64,000 nucleotides of DNA from Candidatus Uhrbacteria bacterium (GTDB lineage Bacteria > Patescibacteriota > Patescibacteriia > GWA2-47-26), in contig JACPJN010000007.1 of the NCBI GenBank assembly GCA_016187515.1, forward strand, positions 140,336-204,335, in the 5' to 3' direction. Under the pieces are notes generated by a model. The model saw only the letters and a list, made by a program, of their open reading frames with translations. It had not been told where the DNA came from and did not search any database. Below, one piece after another: positions 7,798 to 17,619 of the stretch (within the stretch, counting starts at the first letter, position 1; each line of letters begins with the position of its first letter). The position numbers and the translations under genes are program-made.

Positions 7798-7823
7798 ACC
7801 CTACACGCTTACACGCGTAATAT

Positions 7824-9557
7824 ATGGGATTAGTATCCGCTATACAATCCGGGACAGGTCAGCGCGCACTCAAAGCGGCGTCGTTTCTCATTTATCTTAC
7901 AGCGATTGTCCTGGTACTGCCGGGATTTATTTCCTGGGTTCATCGCCTGATCTTTATTGGCTATGGCTTATTCATTTTATGGGTAATCCGAGACAAGTCC
8001 GCCAATAATAAATCAGGGGATGCGGATCCCGAAATAATCCCAGGCAAAAATTTCTGGACGGCTTTACTGATATTTTCTCTACTATATTTATTCTTAGGCC
8101 GCCTTTACATGTTTATCCGCTATGGCGCCTCCCCGCTGGGATATGATACCGGATTCTATTGGCAATATTTTCGCCTCATTATTATTAACGGGAATATCGG
8201 CACCGCGGTCGGTTCGCACCTGACCTATTCTTCGTGGTTTCCGTTGGGATTTTTAGGGTTGCCCGCGCTTACCGTAATTCATCTACTCCACGTCTTCCAT
8301 CAGTTGCTCACCGCCGGCGCGCTTTATTTTCTTCTGCGCTCGCTGCCGTTGCGCAAGTACTCGTTTCCCATCAGCGTACTTGGTGTATTTTTGTTCGCCC
8401 TTTCCATCAACCAATTCATGGCCTTTTGGTGGATGTTTTATAAACAGCTGCTGGCGATTCCGTTTCTCCTTTTGGCCATGGGATTATTTTTCCGCCGCTC
8501 CATAATCGCGATACCGGTCGCCGGGCTTGCCGCCGCTATACATCTTTCAAGCGCCATCCCGCTTGGCTTAGCGTTAATTATATTTATTACTATTCAACTT
8601 CTCATCTGCGTTGCCAAAAGACATCTTCCGGAAAAAGAATTCATCTACCTTATTCTGGCGGGACTACTGGGGTCAATACTGTTCATTGCCCTTAAAGGTA
8701 CCGCGGACATCCACTACTATCTTACGCTGTTTCTCAAGTATAAAGGGCTGGCGACCAACGCGCGCTCCTGGGAGATTGAACAAATCCGCGGACTGTTTAT
8801 TCCCTTTACTACTTTTCGCCTAAACGCGCTCTTCTATCTTCCCTTCGCGCTTATCGGAATCCTACAATTGCGCCGCTTTATCGAAACTCGCCTAACCGAA
8901 CGCACCCTCTTAATTCCCATAACTTTTGCGGCCTCGCTGATTTTGGTCAGCTTTCCATTTATCCACCAAACTCGCTCGCTGATTTTCTTTGACCTTTTAC
9001 TGATTATTTTAGCGGCCGCGCCGATATTTCATTTTATTAAAAACTTCCGGCGCGAGCGTCATGGCACAGTACTGCTCGGCCTCTTATGCTTTGGTTTTGT
9101 GGCCTTTACCTCTAGGGTAATCTGGAATCATGAACCGCAATTGTACGCCGCCGAGGCCGCTGAACTGCGAGTATTGGAACGCCAAGGCACGGCCGAGGAC
9201 CTTCGTAAAATTGACGACTACGTCATGGTGGTCTCTTCGCTCTATACCCCTTGGGCTTATGCGTTTACCGGATTTGGACCAACTATTGTGCCGGGCTGGC
9301 TAACCTGGGATAAATGGGATTTAAAAATGTGGGAGGAATTCTGGTTTAAAGCCAATAATGATCGGCGGCTGCAGCTTCTGCAAATGTACGGAGACCATGT
9401 TATATATATTTTTATTGGAGAACATCAGCTAAAACAGGTTAATACCCCGCGGCTAAAAGAATTTATTGAGACCGATCCGCACTTTACCCGTTTTAGCCCG
9501 CACATCTGGAAATATACGCCGCACCTTCAGGATACCGATTCACCCACAAACCTATGA
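7824..9557 (+). CDS. Multi-pass membrane protein, probable GT-C fold glycosyltransferase
   Basis: ~12 TM segments, PLGYDTGFY loop after the early TMs, soluble C-domain. Confidence 0.65.
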   Translation: MGLVSAIQSGTGQRALKAASFLIYLTAIVLVLPGFISWVHRLIFIGYGLFILWVIRDKSANNKSGDADPEIIPGKNFWTALLIFSLLYLFLGRLYMFIRYGASPLGYDTGFYWQYFRLIIINGNIGTAVGSHLTYSSWFPLGFLGLPALTVIHLLHVFHQLLTAGALYFLLRSLPLRKYSFPISVLGVFLFALSINQFMAFWWMFYKQLLAIPFLLLAMGLFFRRSIIAIPVAGLAAAIHLSSAIPLGLALIIFITIQLLICVAKRHLPEKEFIYLILAGLLGSILFIALKGTADIHYYLTLFLKYKGLATNARSWEIEQIRGLFIPFTTFRLNALFYLPFALIGILQLRRFIETRLTERTLLIPITFAASLILVSFPFIHQTRSLIFFDLLLIILAAAPIFHFIKNFRRERHGTVLLGLLCFGFVAFTSRVIWNHEPQLYAAEAAELRVLERQGTAEDLRKIDDYVMVVSSLYTPWAYAFTGFGPTIVPGWLTWDKWDLKMWEEFWFKANNDRRLQLLQMYGDHVIYIFIGEHQLKQVNTPRLKEFIETDPHFTRFSPHIWKYTPHLQDTDSPTNL

Positions 9558-9961
9558 AAAAATCGCAACTTAAAAAAATCAGCGCTATCTTCGCGCTTAT
9601 CTTAATCGGACTTTTTCTGTTGTTTAAAACCTGGCTGCCGGACCGTGGGGCATTCTTACTTGCCATTGGAATGCCTTTTCTCTATTTTCTGCCGGGATTT
9701 TTAATAACCAAGGCGTTTTTCCGCTCCGGCCTGGATCAAATAGAGACCATTTTTCTGGCCCTGCTCTTTTCTTTAATGTTATCTCACCTGGGCATCTATA
9801 TTGTTGAGGAAACCACTCGCCAAATAACTAGATCGGGCATCGCGTTCACGGTTATCGCAATCAATATCCTAGCCGCGCTTACTTATCTTGTAAGCCGCAA
9901 GCAACTATCGCCCGCGCGCTTGCTTACGCGCTTGCGAAGCAAACTCTACAAACACGACTAG
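9554..9961 (+). CDS. DUF1616-like small membrane protein
   Basis: YFLPGFLIT...E.IFLALLFSL pattern, four TM segments; ATGA overlap with the upstream gene. Confidence 0.65.
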   Translation: MKKSQLKKISAIFALILIGLFLLFKTWLPDRGAFLLAIGMPFLYFLPGFLITKAFFRSGLDQIETIFLALLFSLMLSHLGIYIVEETTRQITRSGIAFTVIAINILAALTYLVSRKQLSPARLLTRLRSKLYKHD

Positions 9962-10990
9962 AAACAGCCCCAGGATAAACCCCACTCCGCCAAAGATCGC
10001 GAGCGTCTGATACAAGACGCCCTCCAATGGAAGCCGCGGGAGTCGTGAGGGTTCCAGTGAAACGCGCGTGCTGCGGAAATTATCAATTTGAAAGGTGATA
10101 TTATCAATCACCTGCTGTTGTTCGATTTGCGACCGCTTTAGTTGCGCCACTTCTCCGTCAAGCACAGTACGCTCTTGCGGAAACTGCACAAACAGTTGCT
10201 CTTCAAGCGCGCGGAGTTTTTCACGATGTTTCGCAATAGTGTCATCCAATAAAAGAAAGGTGGTCGCCAGAGATTGATCAATACTTTCTTTGGTTGCTGC
10301 GGAAATCAGCGCTCGCGCCCGATCTTTTTCAGCGGTATTGATCAGGTCTTCGGTTGCCCCTATTTGACGCTTCACCAGCGCTATTTTTTCATCCAGCAAT
10401 TCGCGCTTGCTCGGCAACAACGCTTCCGCTTCTTTCAGTTCATCCAGCTTATGTTCAGCGCGCACTTTTTCTTGCGCCAGCTCTCTTTTCTGCAGTGCGG
10501 CTTGCTCCACATGGTCATCCACCAAACGCTTGGCAATCCTTTTATGGATCTCTAAAAGCGCTGGGGTCGTGCTTTCTCCGCCTTTTGATTCAATCACCAG
10601 CGTATTACTACTCGTGTTTTCCTGGTTTTTGCCTTTCCCTTCTTTTTCTTCTTCTTCACCGTTGATCTTCACCCCATAGCGAGCATCAATATACCCTTCC
10701 TCTTTGGCATGACCCACCAACACCTCAGGAATATAGACACCTTCCAGTTTGGCCTTAACCGAGGGTAATGATTCAATTAGAGTTCCGTCTCCTTTAGTGC
10801 CGATTTCAAAAGCGGTACGATGCACAAATGGAAGCAGGGGGCGGCCCTTAAACTGCACAGTTCCAACCGTTAAAAAAATCACTACAATAAACGCAAACAG
10901 TTTCCAATGCTTAGCCCAGGAATTTATAAAATCCGCCAGGGTAAAGCTGGGTTCGGCTTGATGATCAATCTCGGATGGTCGTTCCATCAT
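9905..10990 (-). CDS. Wzz-like polysaccharide co-polymerase/chain-length regulator
   Basis: N- and C-terminal TM segments, long coiled coil, Pro-rich segment before a Gly-rich TM2. Confidence 0.75.
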   Translation of the reverse strand: MMERPSEIDHQAEPSFTLADFINSWAKHWKLFAFIVVIFLTVGTVQFKGRPLLPFVHRTAFEIGTKGDGTLIESLPSVKAKLEGVYIPEVLVGHAKEEGYIDARYGVKINGEEEEKEGKGKNQENTSSNTLVIESKGGESTTPALLEIHKRIAKRLVDDHVEQAALQKRELAQEKVRAEHKLDELKEAEALLPSKRELLDEKIALVKRQIGATEDLINTAEKDRARALISAATKESIDQSLATTFLLLDDTIAKHREKLRALEEQLFVQFPQERTVLDGEVAQLKRSQIEQQQVIDNITFQIDNFRSTRVSLEPSRLPRLPLEGVLYQTLAIFGGVGFILGLFLVVFVEFASQARKQARGR

Positions 10991-11051
10991 AAACGGCTAA
11001 TTTAGGGCCATACGACTGTTTCGAGTATCCTATCAGATGGCGTTTTCTCTG

Positions 11052-11861
11052 TCAAATGCCGCCGGTTTTAAGCCCTAGCGCAACTATCCAGTAACCGGCG
11101 CGGCCAATCCATTCGTGAAGTGCGGCGAGCGAAGCGCTAAACGCGTCAATGGAGGGAAGCCATTGCAATGGACTTAAAAAAACTGGCTGGGTAACTCGGA
11201 AATCCGCCGGTATTGGCAAAACTTTGATATTGTGCCGCTCCATTACCGAAACGGCGCGCGGCAAATGCGTAGCCGAGGTGACGAGCACAATCGTGTGTTG
11301 CGCCGCCTTCGGGAACCGTTCATCAAGCATGCGGCGCACATAAATTCCGCTTTCGGCGGTCGTGCGGGCCTCAACTTCAGTCCAAAAATCATCCTGGGGA
11401 ATACCCATGGAAACCGCATACTGCTTCGCCAGTCCCGGCTCGCCCGCATATTGATCAAACGGATCTCCGGAAATACCGCTGTATATGATCGGCATTTTTT
11501 TATCGAGCTGGCGATAGATTTCCAGGCCGCGCCAGAGCCGCCGCCAGCTTATTCCGGAAAGTTCGGCAAAGGGCTTGTCTTTACCGGACTGATCAGCCCC
11601 GCCGGCCAAAATCACAATCGCCTCGGCTCCGCCGGTCTCCGGAGACGGCGCCGCAAGATACTGCTGATCCAAACTGCGCGTCAGGAAATATGCCGCTGGC
11701 AAAGTGGACAGCAAATAATAAACGGCGAGGGTCGCGCCAAGGATAAGCTTACCGGCGCGCGTTCTTTTTTTAAGAATCAAAATTAAACTGGCGAGCATCC
11801 CCAGGGCAATAAGCGTCGGCGGCAGAAAAAACGGTTTAATGACTTTTAGGATGGTAAACAT
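11052..11861 (-). CDS. YdcF/DUF218 (ElyC-like) envelope protein
   Basis: AIVILAGG, EARTTAES and LVTSATHLPRA. Confidence 0.9.
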   Translation of the reverse strand: MFTILKVIKPFFLPPTLIALGMLASLILILKKRTRAGKLILGATLAVYYLLSTLPAAYFLTRSLDQQYLAAPSPETGGAEAIVILAGGADQSGKDKPFAELSGISWRRLWRGLEIYRQLDKKMPIIYSGISGDPFDQYAGEPGLAKQYAVSMGIPQDDFWTEVEARTTAESGIYVRRMLDERFPKAAQHTIVLVTSATHLPRAVSVMERHNIKVLPIPADFRVTQPVFLSPLQWLPSIDAFSASLAALHEWIGRAGYWIVALGLKTGGI

Positions 11862-13687
11862 TTATCAAATTCCTCAATGCGCACGGAAAATTGCCGCACT
11901 TTTACCGGATGACTTAATTTCTGCTCCAGGCCGCGGGCAAAGGCGCGCACCCGTTCTTCTTTAACATTGGCAGACGATACCCAGATTTCGTGTACGGTAT
12001 GTTCGGCCTCCGCCGCGCCGGAGATAAAGTCCTCTTGTTTATGAATGACCAGTCCGGCCATGGCCAGATTCCATTTGTTCGGATCATCATCCACAAATCC
12101 GACAATGTAGTGCTGTCCATAATTGGGATTTTGCAAACATTCCTCGTAGAGCAATTTTCCCGCCTTGCCGGCTCCATACACCACTATGTTTACGGTTTTG
12201 CCGCGCCAGGCGCGCTCCCGAATCACCTCATCAAGAATGCGCATGGACAAGCGGCTGCCGGTTACAAATAAAAACAGCAGAAATCCAAAATTGATAAATA
12301 CGGCCCGCGAGTAACCGTTAAACTGATAAATAATCGCGATCAAGAAAACGCTCATCCCCACTCCGACAATCACGCCTTTCATATATCTTCCCAGATCCGC
12401 GACCGTAATCAAACGCCAAAGTCCCCGATATACTCCGGAAATATAAAATCCAATAAGGCAGGCGGCCACGATAAGCGGCAGTGACTGCACATAATAGGCG
12501 GCCTGCTCCCGCAACAAGCCCTCAAAACGCAAATAATACGCGCCGTAATAACTCGCGGAAATTATCAAAAAATCCAACAGCACTTCGGCGGCGCGCCGTT
12601 TATATAAAAACTCCGTAACGAGCGGTGTCCAACGGCCTTTTTGCTCGCCCTCCGCCGGTTCTTGGTAGGTTTTTACCCGACCCAGATACAACCCCACCAA
12701 AATTAAAAATATGCCGTAGAAGATCAGCAGCGGAACCGCGTAGGATTGCCACAGTTGAATGGCAATCGCCACTAGTCCGCCAACGACCGAAAAACCGTAC
12801 AAAATCAAGACGGCGTGATCTTCGGAAAATCCCAAACCCACCAGCCGGTGCGACGAGTGGTCTTTTCCGCCCTGAAATGGCGAATGTCCGTGCCAGATCC
12901 GATTGAAGCTAACGAGCAGAGTGTCAAAAATCGGAATCGCCAAGACGGCAATGGGTAAAATCAGGGTCAGCATGGCGGAGGAGGTTTTTAGCAAACCACT
13001 GCGATCCAGCGGAATCGCGAGCGCCGCCAACATATATCCGATAAACAAACTGCCGGAGTCCCCCATAAAAATCGAAGCCGGATAACGATTAAAAATCCAA
13101 AAACCGGCGAGCACATAGACAAACACCACGGCCGCAGCGAAAAGAATATCCTGCGGAACCGCCCCGGCGGCGATAATGCGCAAGGCGATAAAGGTCAGCG
13201 CCGCGATGATGGCAATGCCGGAGGCCAAGCCATCCATATTATCCAGCAAGTTCATCGCGTTCATAATGGCGATAAACCAAAAAAAGGTCAGCAGGACATT
13301 GACCAGATGCCAAGGAGTCGCCGCCAAGACCACTCCGGCGGCAATCGGGATGCTTACGGCGATAATCTGACCGATAAGTTTAGTGGCGGGTTTGATGTTT
13401 AGCCGATCATCCACCAACCCGACCACAAAGGCGGTAAGCGCGCCCAAGGCCAGCGCGGATAATTTCCAGGCCAGCGGTCCAATATCAAATAAGATCAAGA
13501 CCGACCCGATACCGGCCGCAAAGGCCAAGCCAATCCCGACTCCGCCGTAAAGGGCGACCGGTTTAGTATGCCAGCGGTTTTTTTGAGGATAGACCACGAA
13601 GCCCCAGCGGTAGGCCAGTGATCCGACAATCCAGACGGCTAGCAAGCTAAATAGAAAAACTCCAAACCCGATAATCACAATGCTCAT
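11846..13687 (-). CDS. WecA/MraY-family initiating phosphoglycosyltransferase fused to a CapD-N/CoA-binding-3-like domain
   Basis: GLVDD, NAMNLLDNMDG, IFMGDSGS and DHSSHRL; C-terminal VYGAGKAG..VGFVDDD. Confidence 0.88.
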   Translation of the reverse strand: MSIVIIGFGVFLFSLLAVWIVGSLAYRWGFVVYPQKNRWHTKPVALYGGVGIGLAFAAGIGSVLILFDIGPLAWKLSALALGALTAFVVGLVDDRLNIKPATKLIGQIIAVSIPIAAGVVLAATPWHLVNVLLTFFWFIAIMNAMNLLDNMDGLASGIAIIAALTFIALRIIAAGAVPQDILFAAAVVFVYVLAGFWIFNRYPASIFMGDSGSLFIGYMLAALAIPLDRSGLLKTSSAMLTLILPIAVLAIPIFDTLLVSFNRIWHGHSPFQGGKDHSSHRLVGLGFSEDHAVLILYGFSVVGGLVAIAIQLWQSYAVPLLIFYGIFLILVGLYLGRVKTYQEPAEGEQKGRWTPLVTEFLYKRRAAEVLLDFLIISASYYGAYYLRFEGLLREQAAYYVQSLPLIVAACLIGFYISGVYRGLWRLITVADLGRYMKGVIVGVGMSVFLIAIIYQFNGYSRAVFINFGFLLFLFVTGSRLSMRILDEVIRERAWRGKTVNIVVYGAGKAGKLLYEECLQNPNYGQHYIVGFVDDDPNKWNLAMAGLVIHKQEDFISGAAEAEHTVHEIWVSSANVKEERVRAFARGLEQKLSHPVKVRQFSVRIEEFDKCLPS

Positions 13688-14652
13688 ACGCTCTTGCGCT
13701 GCTCTTGAATTACGGATTCCAGGATATTATCCAAAGTCGCCGTAGTTTGCCACCCCGTCAGCGCGCGTAATCGCTCCGTAGACGGAAATCTGCGCTGCAT
13801 ATCTTCAAATCCCTCTTCGTAGGCCTTCTCGTACGGCACATAAATAATCTTGGATTGACTCTTAGTCATGGCAATGACCTTTCGGGCCAGCTCCTCAATA
13901 GTAATTTCGTCTTCATTGCCAATGTTAAAAACCTTGCCGACCGCGGCCGGGTGGTCCATGAGCTTCACCATGGCCGCGACCGCGTCTTTGACATGTAAAA
14001 ATGAACGCAACTGTTTTCCGGTCCCAAATACGGTCAGGTCTTTTCCTTGCAGGGCTTGCTCGACAAACCGCGGTACCACCATGCCATAAACCCCCACTTG
14101 TCGCGGTCCCACCGTATTAAACAATCTGATGATCACGGTCGGCACGGCTTTTTCCTTAAAATATATGTAAGCCAACAATTCATCAATCGCCTTGGCGGTA
14201 GAATACCCCCACCTACTTTTCAAAGGCGACCCTAAGATACGATCGTCATCTTCGCGCAAGGGGCCATTGGTATTTTTCCCGTAAATCTCCGAGGTGGAAG
14301 CCACCAATACTTTTTTATGGTACCGATGCACCATCTCCAGGACAATTTCACTGCCTTTGATATTGGTAATCAACGACTCCAGGGGCTTCGCGACCACGAG
14401 CTCCACTCCCACTGCCGCGGCCAGATGATATACCTGGTCAGCGCGCTCAACCAGCTTATCTACCAACTGCTCATTGAGAATCGTGCCGTTTACAAATTGG
14501 AAACGCTCCTGATTCACCAACGGTTCAATATTGCGCAAACGACCGGTCGAGAGATTATCCAAGACCGTAACGCGATCACCGCGCGCGATTAATGCGTCGG
14601 CAAGATGCGAGCCGATAAATCCTGCTCCGCCGGTAATTAAAACATGGGTCAT
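13684..14652 (-). CDS. NAD-dependent nucleotide-sugar epimerase/dehydratase
   Basis: ITGGAGFIGSH, STSEIYG, YSTAK and RLFNTVGPRQ. Confidence 0.92.
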   Translation of the reverse strand: MTHVLITGGAGFIGSHLADALIARGDRVTVLDNLSTGRLRNIEPLVNQERFQFVNGTILNEQLVDKLVERADQVYHLAAAVGVELVVAKPLESLITNIKGSEIVLEMVHRYHKKVLVASTSEIYGKNTNGPLREDDDRILGSPLKSRWGYSTAKAIDELLAYIYFKEKAVPTVIIRLFNTVGPRQVGVYGMVVPRFVEQALQGKDLTVFGTGKQLRSFLHVKDAVAAMVKLMDHPAAVGKVFNIGNEDEITIEELARKVIAMTKSQSKIIYVPYEKAYEEGFEDMQRRFPSTERLRALTGWQTTATLDNILESVIQEQRKSV

Positions 14653-14676
14653 AACTTCGTACTCGTCAATAAGGTA

Positions 14677-15123
14677 TTACCGTTCTTCCGCTTTCCAAAT
14701 ATCCCAATACCGCGCCTCAAAGCGATAATCATCGGTTTTGGTTTCCTCCAGGGTGTCCGTGGCAAAGTACATGATTTTCGCGTCTGAGGTCAGGGTCATC
14801 GCGCCATTGGCATAGCCGGGCGGTATATACAGTACGGCTGGTTTATTAGCGCTCAACACAAAACGATGTACCTTTGCTTCTTTTGAAGGTGCTTCAAAAT
14901 TATCCAGCCGTACCGCGCCAATCAAAGCCGCGCCGTTTATCACCAACACATATTTACCGGCTTGCTTATGCCCATGCCAGGCGCGCACAAATCCTTGAGC
15001 ATAATTTTCCACCAAATAAAACCGCTTGACTCCGGCAAAATTAAACTCGTTTACAAAAGCGGTTTGCCCGCGGTCGTCAACCGAGAGTCCGCCCGTAATT
15101 ATTCGTGGTTCTTCAGCGGGCAT
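14677..15123 (-). CDS. Cupin-fold nucleotide-sugar epimerase/isomerase (RmlC-like)
   Basis: DDRG, RAWHGH and LYIPPGYANG. Confidence 0.85.
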   Translation of the reverse strand: MPAEEPRIITGGLSVDDRGQTAFVNEFNFAGVKRFYLVENYAQGFVRAWHGHKQAGKYVLVINGAALIGAVRLDNFEAPSKEAKVHRFVLSANKPAVLYIPPGYANGAMTLTSDAKIMYFATDTLEETKTDDYRFEARYWDIWKAEER

Positions 15124-15131
15124 AAAGCAAG

Positions 15132-16115
15132 TCAGCTGACTGCCTCGTTAATTTCGTTAAAACCATTTTCGTATTTGGCAATGGCCTGCAGGAGATATTT
15201 CTCGTTCGAATAAAACTCATGGTCAAAATTCCGCACGCGGTTGGAAAGCACCAGGCCCTTAATTTCCCGAATGCCATAACGAACATCAAACGGAGTAATC
15301 TCGGGCAAGATCATGGCCGCGCGGGCTTTGGTCGTATCCGCGTTGTAGTTGCGGGGATCCTGAAATTTTCCGGTTTTGGTTTCAATCGCGCACCCGGTTT
15401 CTTGTTGAATCAACGCTCCCACCTGATCAATCGTAATATTTTGGGTCGCCAGATTAAATATCCCGCGATGAGCAGTGTCCAGCGTACGCGCGATGATAAT
15501 CCCGATGTCCTTAATATGGATAAACGGACGCCATTGCTGGCCGCCGAAAATGGTCAACTTCCCTTGGGTCATCGCGTTCATCGTCATATAGTTGATGGCC
15601 AGATCCATCCGGATGCGCGAGAAAGCGTCCGGTATGCCAAAAGCCGTGCCAAGCCGAAAGATCAAGGCGTTGCTGCCTTGCAGATACTGCTCGGCGGCAT
15701 ATTTGGTCTGCGCGTACATGGACAAAGGACTGATGAGCGAATTCTCGGATACCGGATTATCATTCGCGCCATATACTGAACAGGTCGAGGTAAAAATAAT
15801 TCGACCGGTGTAAACTTTGGAAAGCCACGCCAGCGGGTCTTGATTAATTTGCCGAGTCAGTTCGGGTTTAATCGCGCAAGCGCCGTCACCGACAAGCGCC
15901 GCCAGCCAGACGACATGGCTATAGCGCGGCAGAAGCGCGGCTAATTTTTCGCGGTCGCGAATATCGCCATACACAAAATCCGCCGGCTTTAGATAATGAT
16001 TTTCGTAAGTCAAGTTATCGTACACGGTAAATGGAATATTGGCGGCAACCAGCTGATCGGTTACCGCGCCGCCGATGTATCCGGCTCCGCCCACTACCAA
16101 AACTCGTTCGATCAT
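15132..16115 (-). CDS. NAD-dependent epimerase/dehydratase (extended SDR)
   Basis: VVGGAGYIG, STCSVYG and YAQTK. Confidence 0.9.
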   Translation of the reverse strand: MIERVLVVGGAGYIGGAVTDQLVAANIPFTVYDNLTYENHYLKPADFVYGDIRDREKLAALLPRYSHVVWLAALVGDGACAIKPELTRQINQDPLAWLSKVYTGRIIFTSTCSVYGANDNPVSENSLISPLSMYAQTKYAAEQYLQGSNALIFRLGTAFGIPDAFSRIRMDLAINYMTMNAMTQGKLTIFGGQQWRPFIHIKDIGIIIARTLDTAHRGIFNLATQNITIDQVGALIQQETGCAIETKTGKFQDPRNYNADTTKARAAMILPEITPFDVRYGIREIKGLVLSNRVRNFDHEFYSNEKYLLQAIAKYENGFNEINEAVS

Positions 16116-16159
16116 ACCCGTCTAAATTTTTGACTTTACAAGTAATGTTGTGTCAACGA

Positions 16160-16188
16160 ATTTTATACCCCCTGTTTTTCACTGTCAA
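16160..16188 (-). promoter_or_regulatory. Sigma70-type promoter
   Basis: TTGACA (16188-16183), 17 bp, TAAAAT (16165-16160). Confidence 0.6.
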
Positions 16189-17441
16189 TGTGGGCGATTT
16201 GTGATTAACTTCGCGAGGATATCCAGGCAGGATGACCGGCTAAAATGCTTCGCCGCGTAGGTTTGGCCGCTTTTGCCATATTCTTTCAACTTTAATCGTT
16301 CAGTATACATCTGACGAATCATTTTTTCCGCCCGCTCGGGGTCATCTGAAACAATGGAGTAACCGCACCGGGCTTCCCGGATAATCCGATGACCCTCGCT
16401 TACTGCCTGCAAAAACGCCGCGACCGGCAAACCGGCCGCCATATAACCCAAGAGTTTGCCCGGAACCACCGCAGTCGTATTTTCCGGAGCCAAACACATT
16501 AGTCCAACATCCGCCTCGGCCAGGAGCGCCGGATATTGCCGCGGCGGCACAAACGCTCCAAAAGTAACATTTCCCAAACCGTATTTATTAGCCAGTTGCT
16601 TTAGCCGCTCTTTTTCAGTGCCCTCTCCCACCAATAAAAAATGCGCCTCCTTAATGTCCGCCATACGCCGCGCCACTTCAATTACCAGCTCTAATCCTTG
16701 GGTTGGTCCAAAAATTCCGGCAAACAAAAAAATGAACTTGCCTTCCAGTCCATACTGTCTGCGAAATGACTCATGCTCTCCCTCTCCCCCGGTGGGAGAG
16801 GGTGGGGGTGAGGGGCAAGCAAATCCCGCGACATCTATCCAATTATATACGGTGGTAATCTTCTCCGGCGGCACGGCTTTTTTTTGAATAAGGAATTCTC
16901 GACCACCGCTCGTATGGGTGGTCAGCGCATCGGCCGCACGATACGCGCGGCGTTCCAGATACTCGTAAAACTTAATCAGCGCTTGGTGCTTCATTATGCC
17001 CGCATCGATCGCATTTTGCGGAAAAATATCCTGCACGTTTAAAAGATAGCGCGCGCCATATTTCTTTTTTACCCAAGCGCCCACTTGCGCCAAAGGAAAA
17101 TGCGGTATATAGACAACTACACCATCAATCGTCCCTGCCACGAACTTTTTTATGGCGCGTCGGTATACAAAAGGGAGCGTAAGCTCGCTTAATCCGCGCA
17201 ACACATAATTGGATGTCCGCTGTCCAAATGTTTTGATTCTTACCACCGTAACCGCTCCTTCTTTGACAACTGTGGGCCAGGATTTCCCTTTTTCATCATC
17301 AGGCAGGTTATCCTCCGGCTGGGGAGTCATAACCGTTACCGTATGTCCGCGCGCCACTAACCCTTCCGCCAACTCGCGCATCATCGTCGAAATTGAGCGG
17401 ATCTCCGGAGGATAAAAGCTAGTAAGCAGAAGAATATTCAT
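16185..17441 (-). CDS. GT4 glycosyltransferase (WbuB-like)
   Basis: FYPPE, VQDIFPQNA and VPGKLLGYMAAGLPV. Confidence 0.9.
   Translation of the reverse strand: MNILLLTSFYPPEIRSISTMMRELAEGLVARGHTVTVMTPQPEDNLPDDEKGKSWPTVVKEGAVTVVRIKTFGQRTSNYVLRGLSELTLPFVYRRAIKKFVAGTIDGVVVYIPHFPLAQVGAWVKKKYGARYLLNVQDIFPQNAIDAGIMKHQALIKFYEYLERRAYRAADALTTHTSGGREFLIQKKAVPPEKITTVYNWIDVAGFACPSPPPSPTGGEGEHESFRRQYGLEGKFIFLFAGIFGPTQGLELVIEVARRMADIKEAHFLLVGEGTEKERLKQLANKYGLGNVTFGAFVPPRQYPALLAEADVGLMCLAPENTTAVVPGKLLGYMAAGLPVAAFLQAVSEGHRIIREARCGYSIVSDDPERAEKMIRQMYTERLKLKEYGKSGQTYAAKHFSRSSCLDILAKLITNRPH
16776..16815. repeat. CCCTC/GAGGG hairpin element, in frame in GT4
   Basis: CCCTCTCCC-CCGGT-GGGAGAGGG-TGGGGGTGAGGGG; encodes PSPPPSPTGGEGE. 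Confidence 0.85.
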
Positions 17442-17452
17442 ATCAATCCAAT

Positions 17453-17491
17453 CTCCTCCCCTTAAAGTAAGGGGAGCTAAGAGGGGTTATG
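17453..17491. repeat. CCCCT/AGGGG hairpin element, intergenic
   Basis: CTCCCCTTA-AAG-TAAGGGGAG-CTAAGAGGGGTTATG. Confidence 0.75.
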
Positions 17492-17564
17492 AGTGTAGTG
17501 ATCATAACAAAAATCGACTCACCCGGCAAGAACCCGCCTTTAGCAGCGCCGCTCATACCTCGGG

Positions 17565-17608
17565 AAAAAACAAATAAAAAAGCGACCCTCGCGCCGCGAG
17601 AGTCGTCG
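17565..17608 (-). terminator. Intrinsic terminator after the MFS gene
   Basis: Minus strand CGACTCTCGC-GGC-GCGAGGGTCG followed by a long T tract. Confidence 0.75.
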
Positions 17609-17619
17609 TTTTCCACCTG

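Noticed and set aside
7600-7800. Replication origin
   Set aside because: Only two DnaA boxes and no dnaA/dnaN nearby; better explained as promoter sites.
9905-9961. 57 bp convergent gene overlap
   Set aside because: Short tail-to-tail overlaps are common in compact genomes; no further signal.
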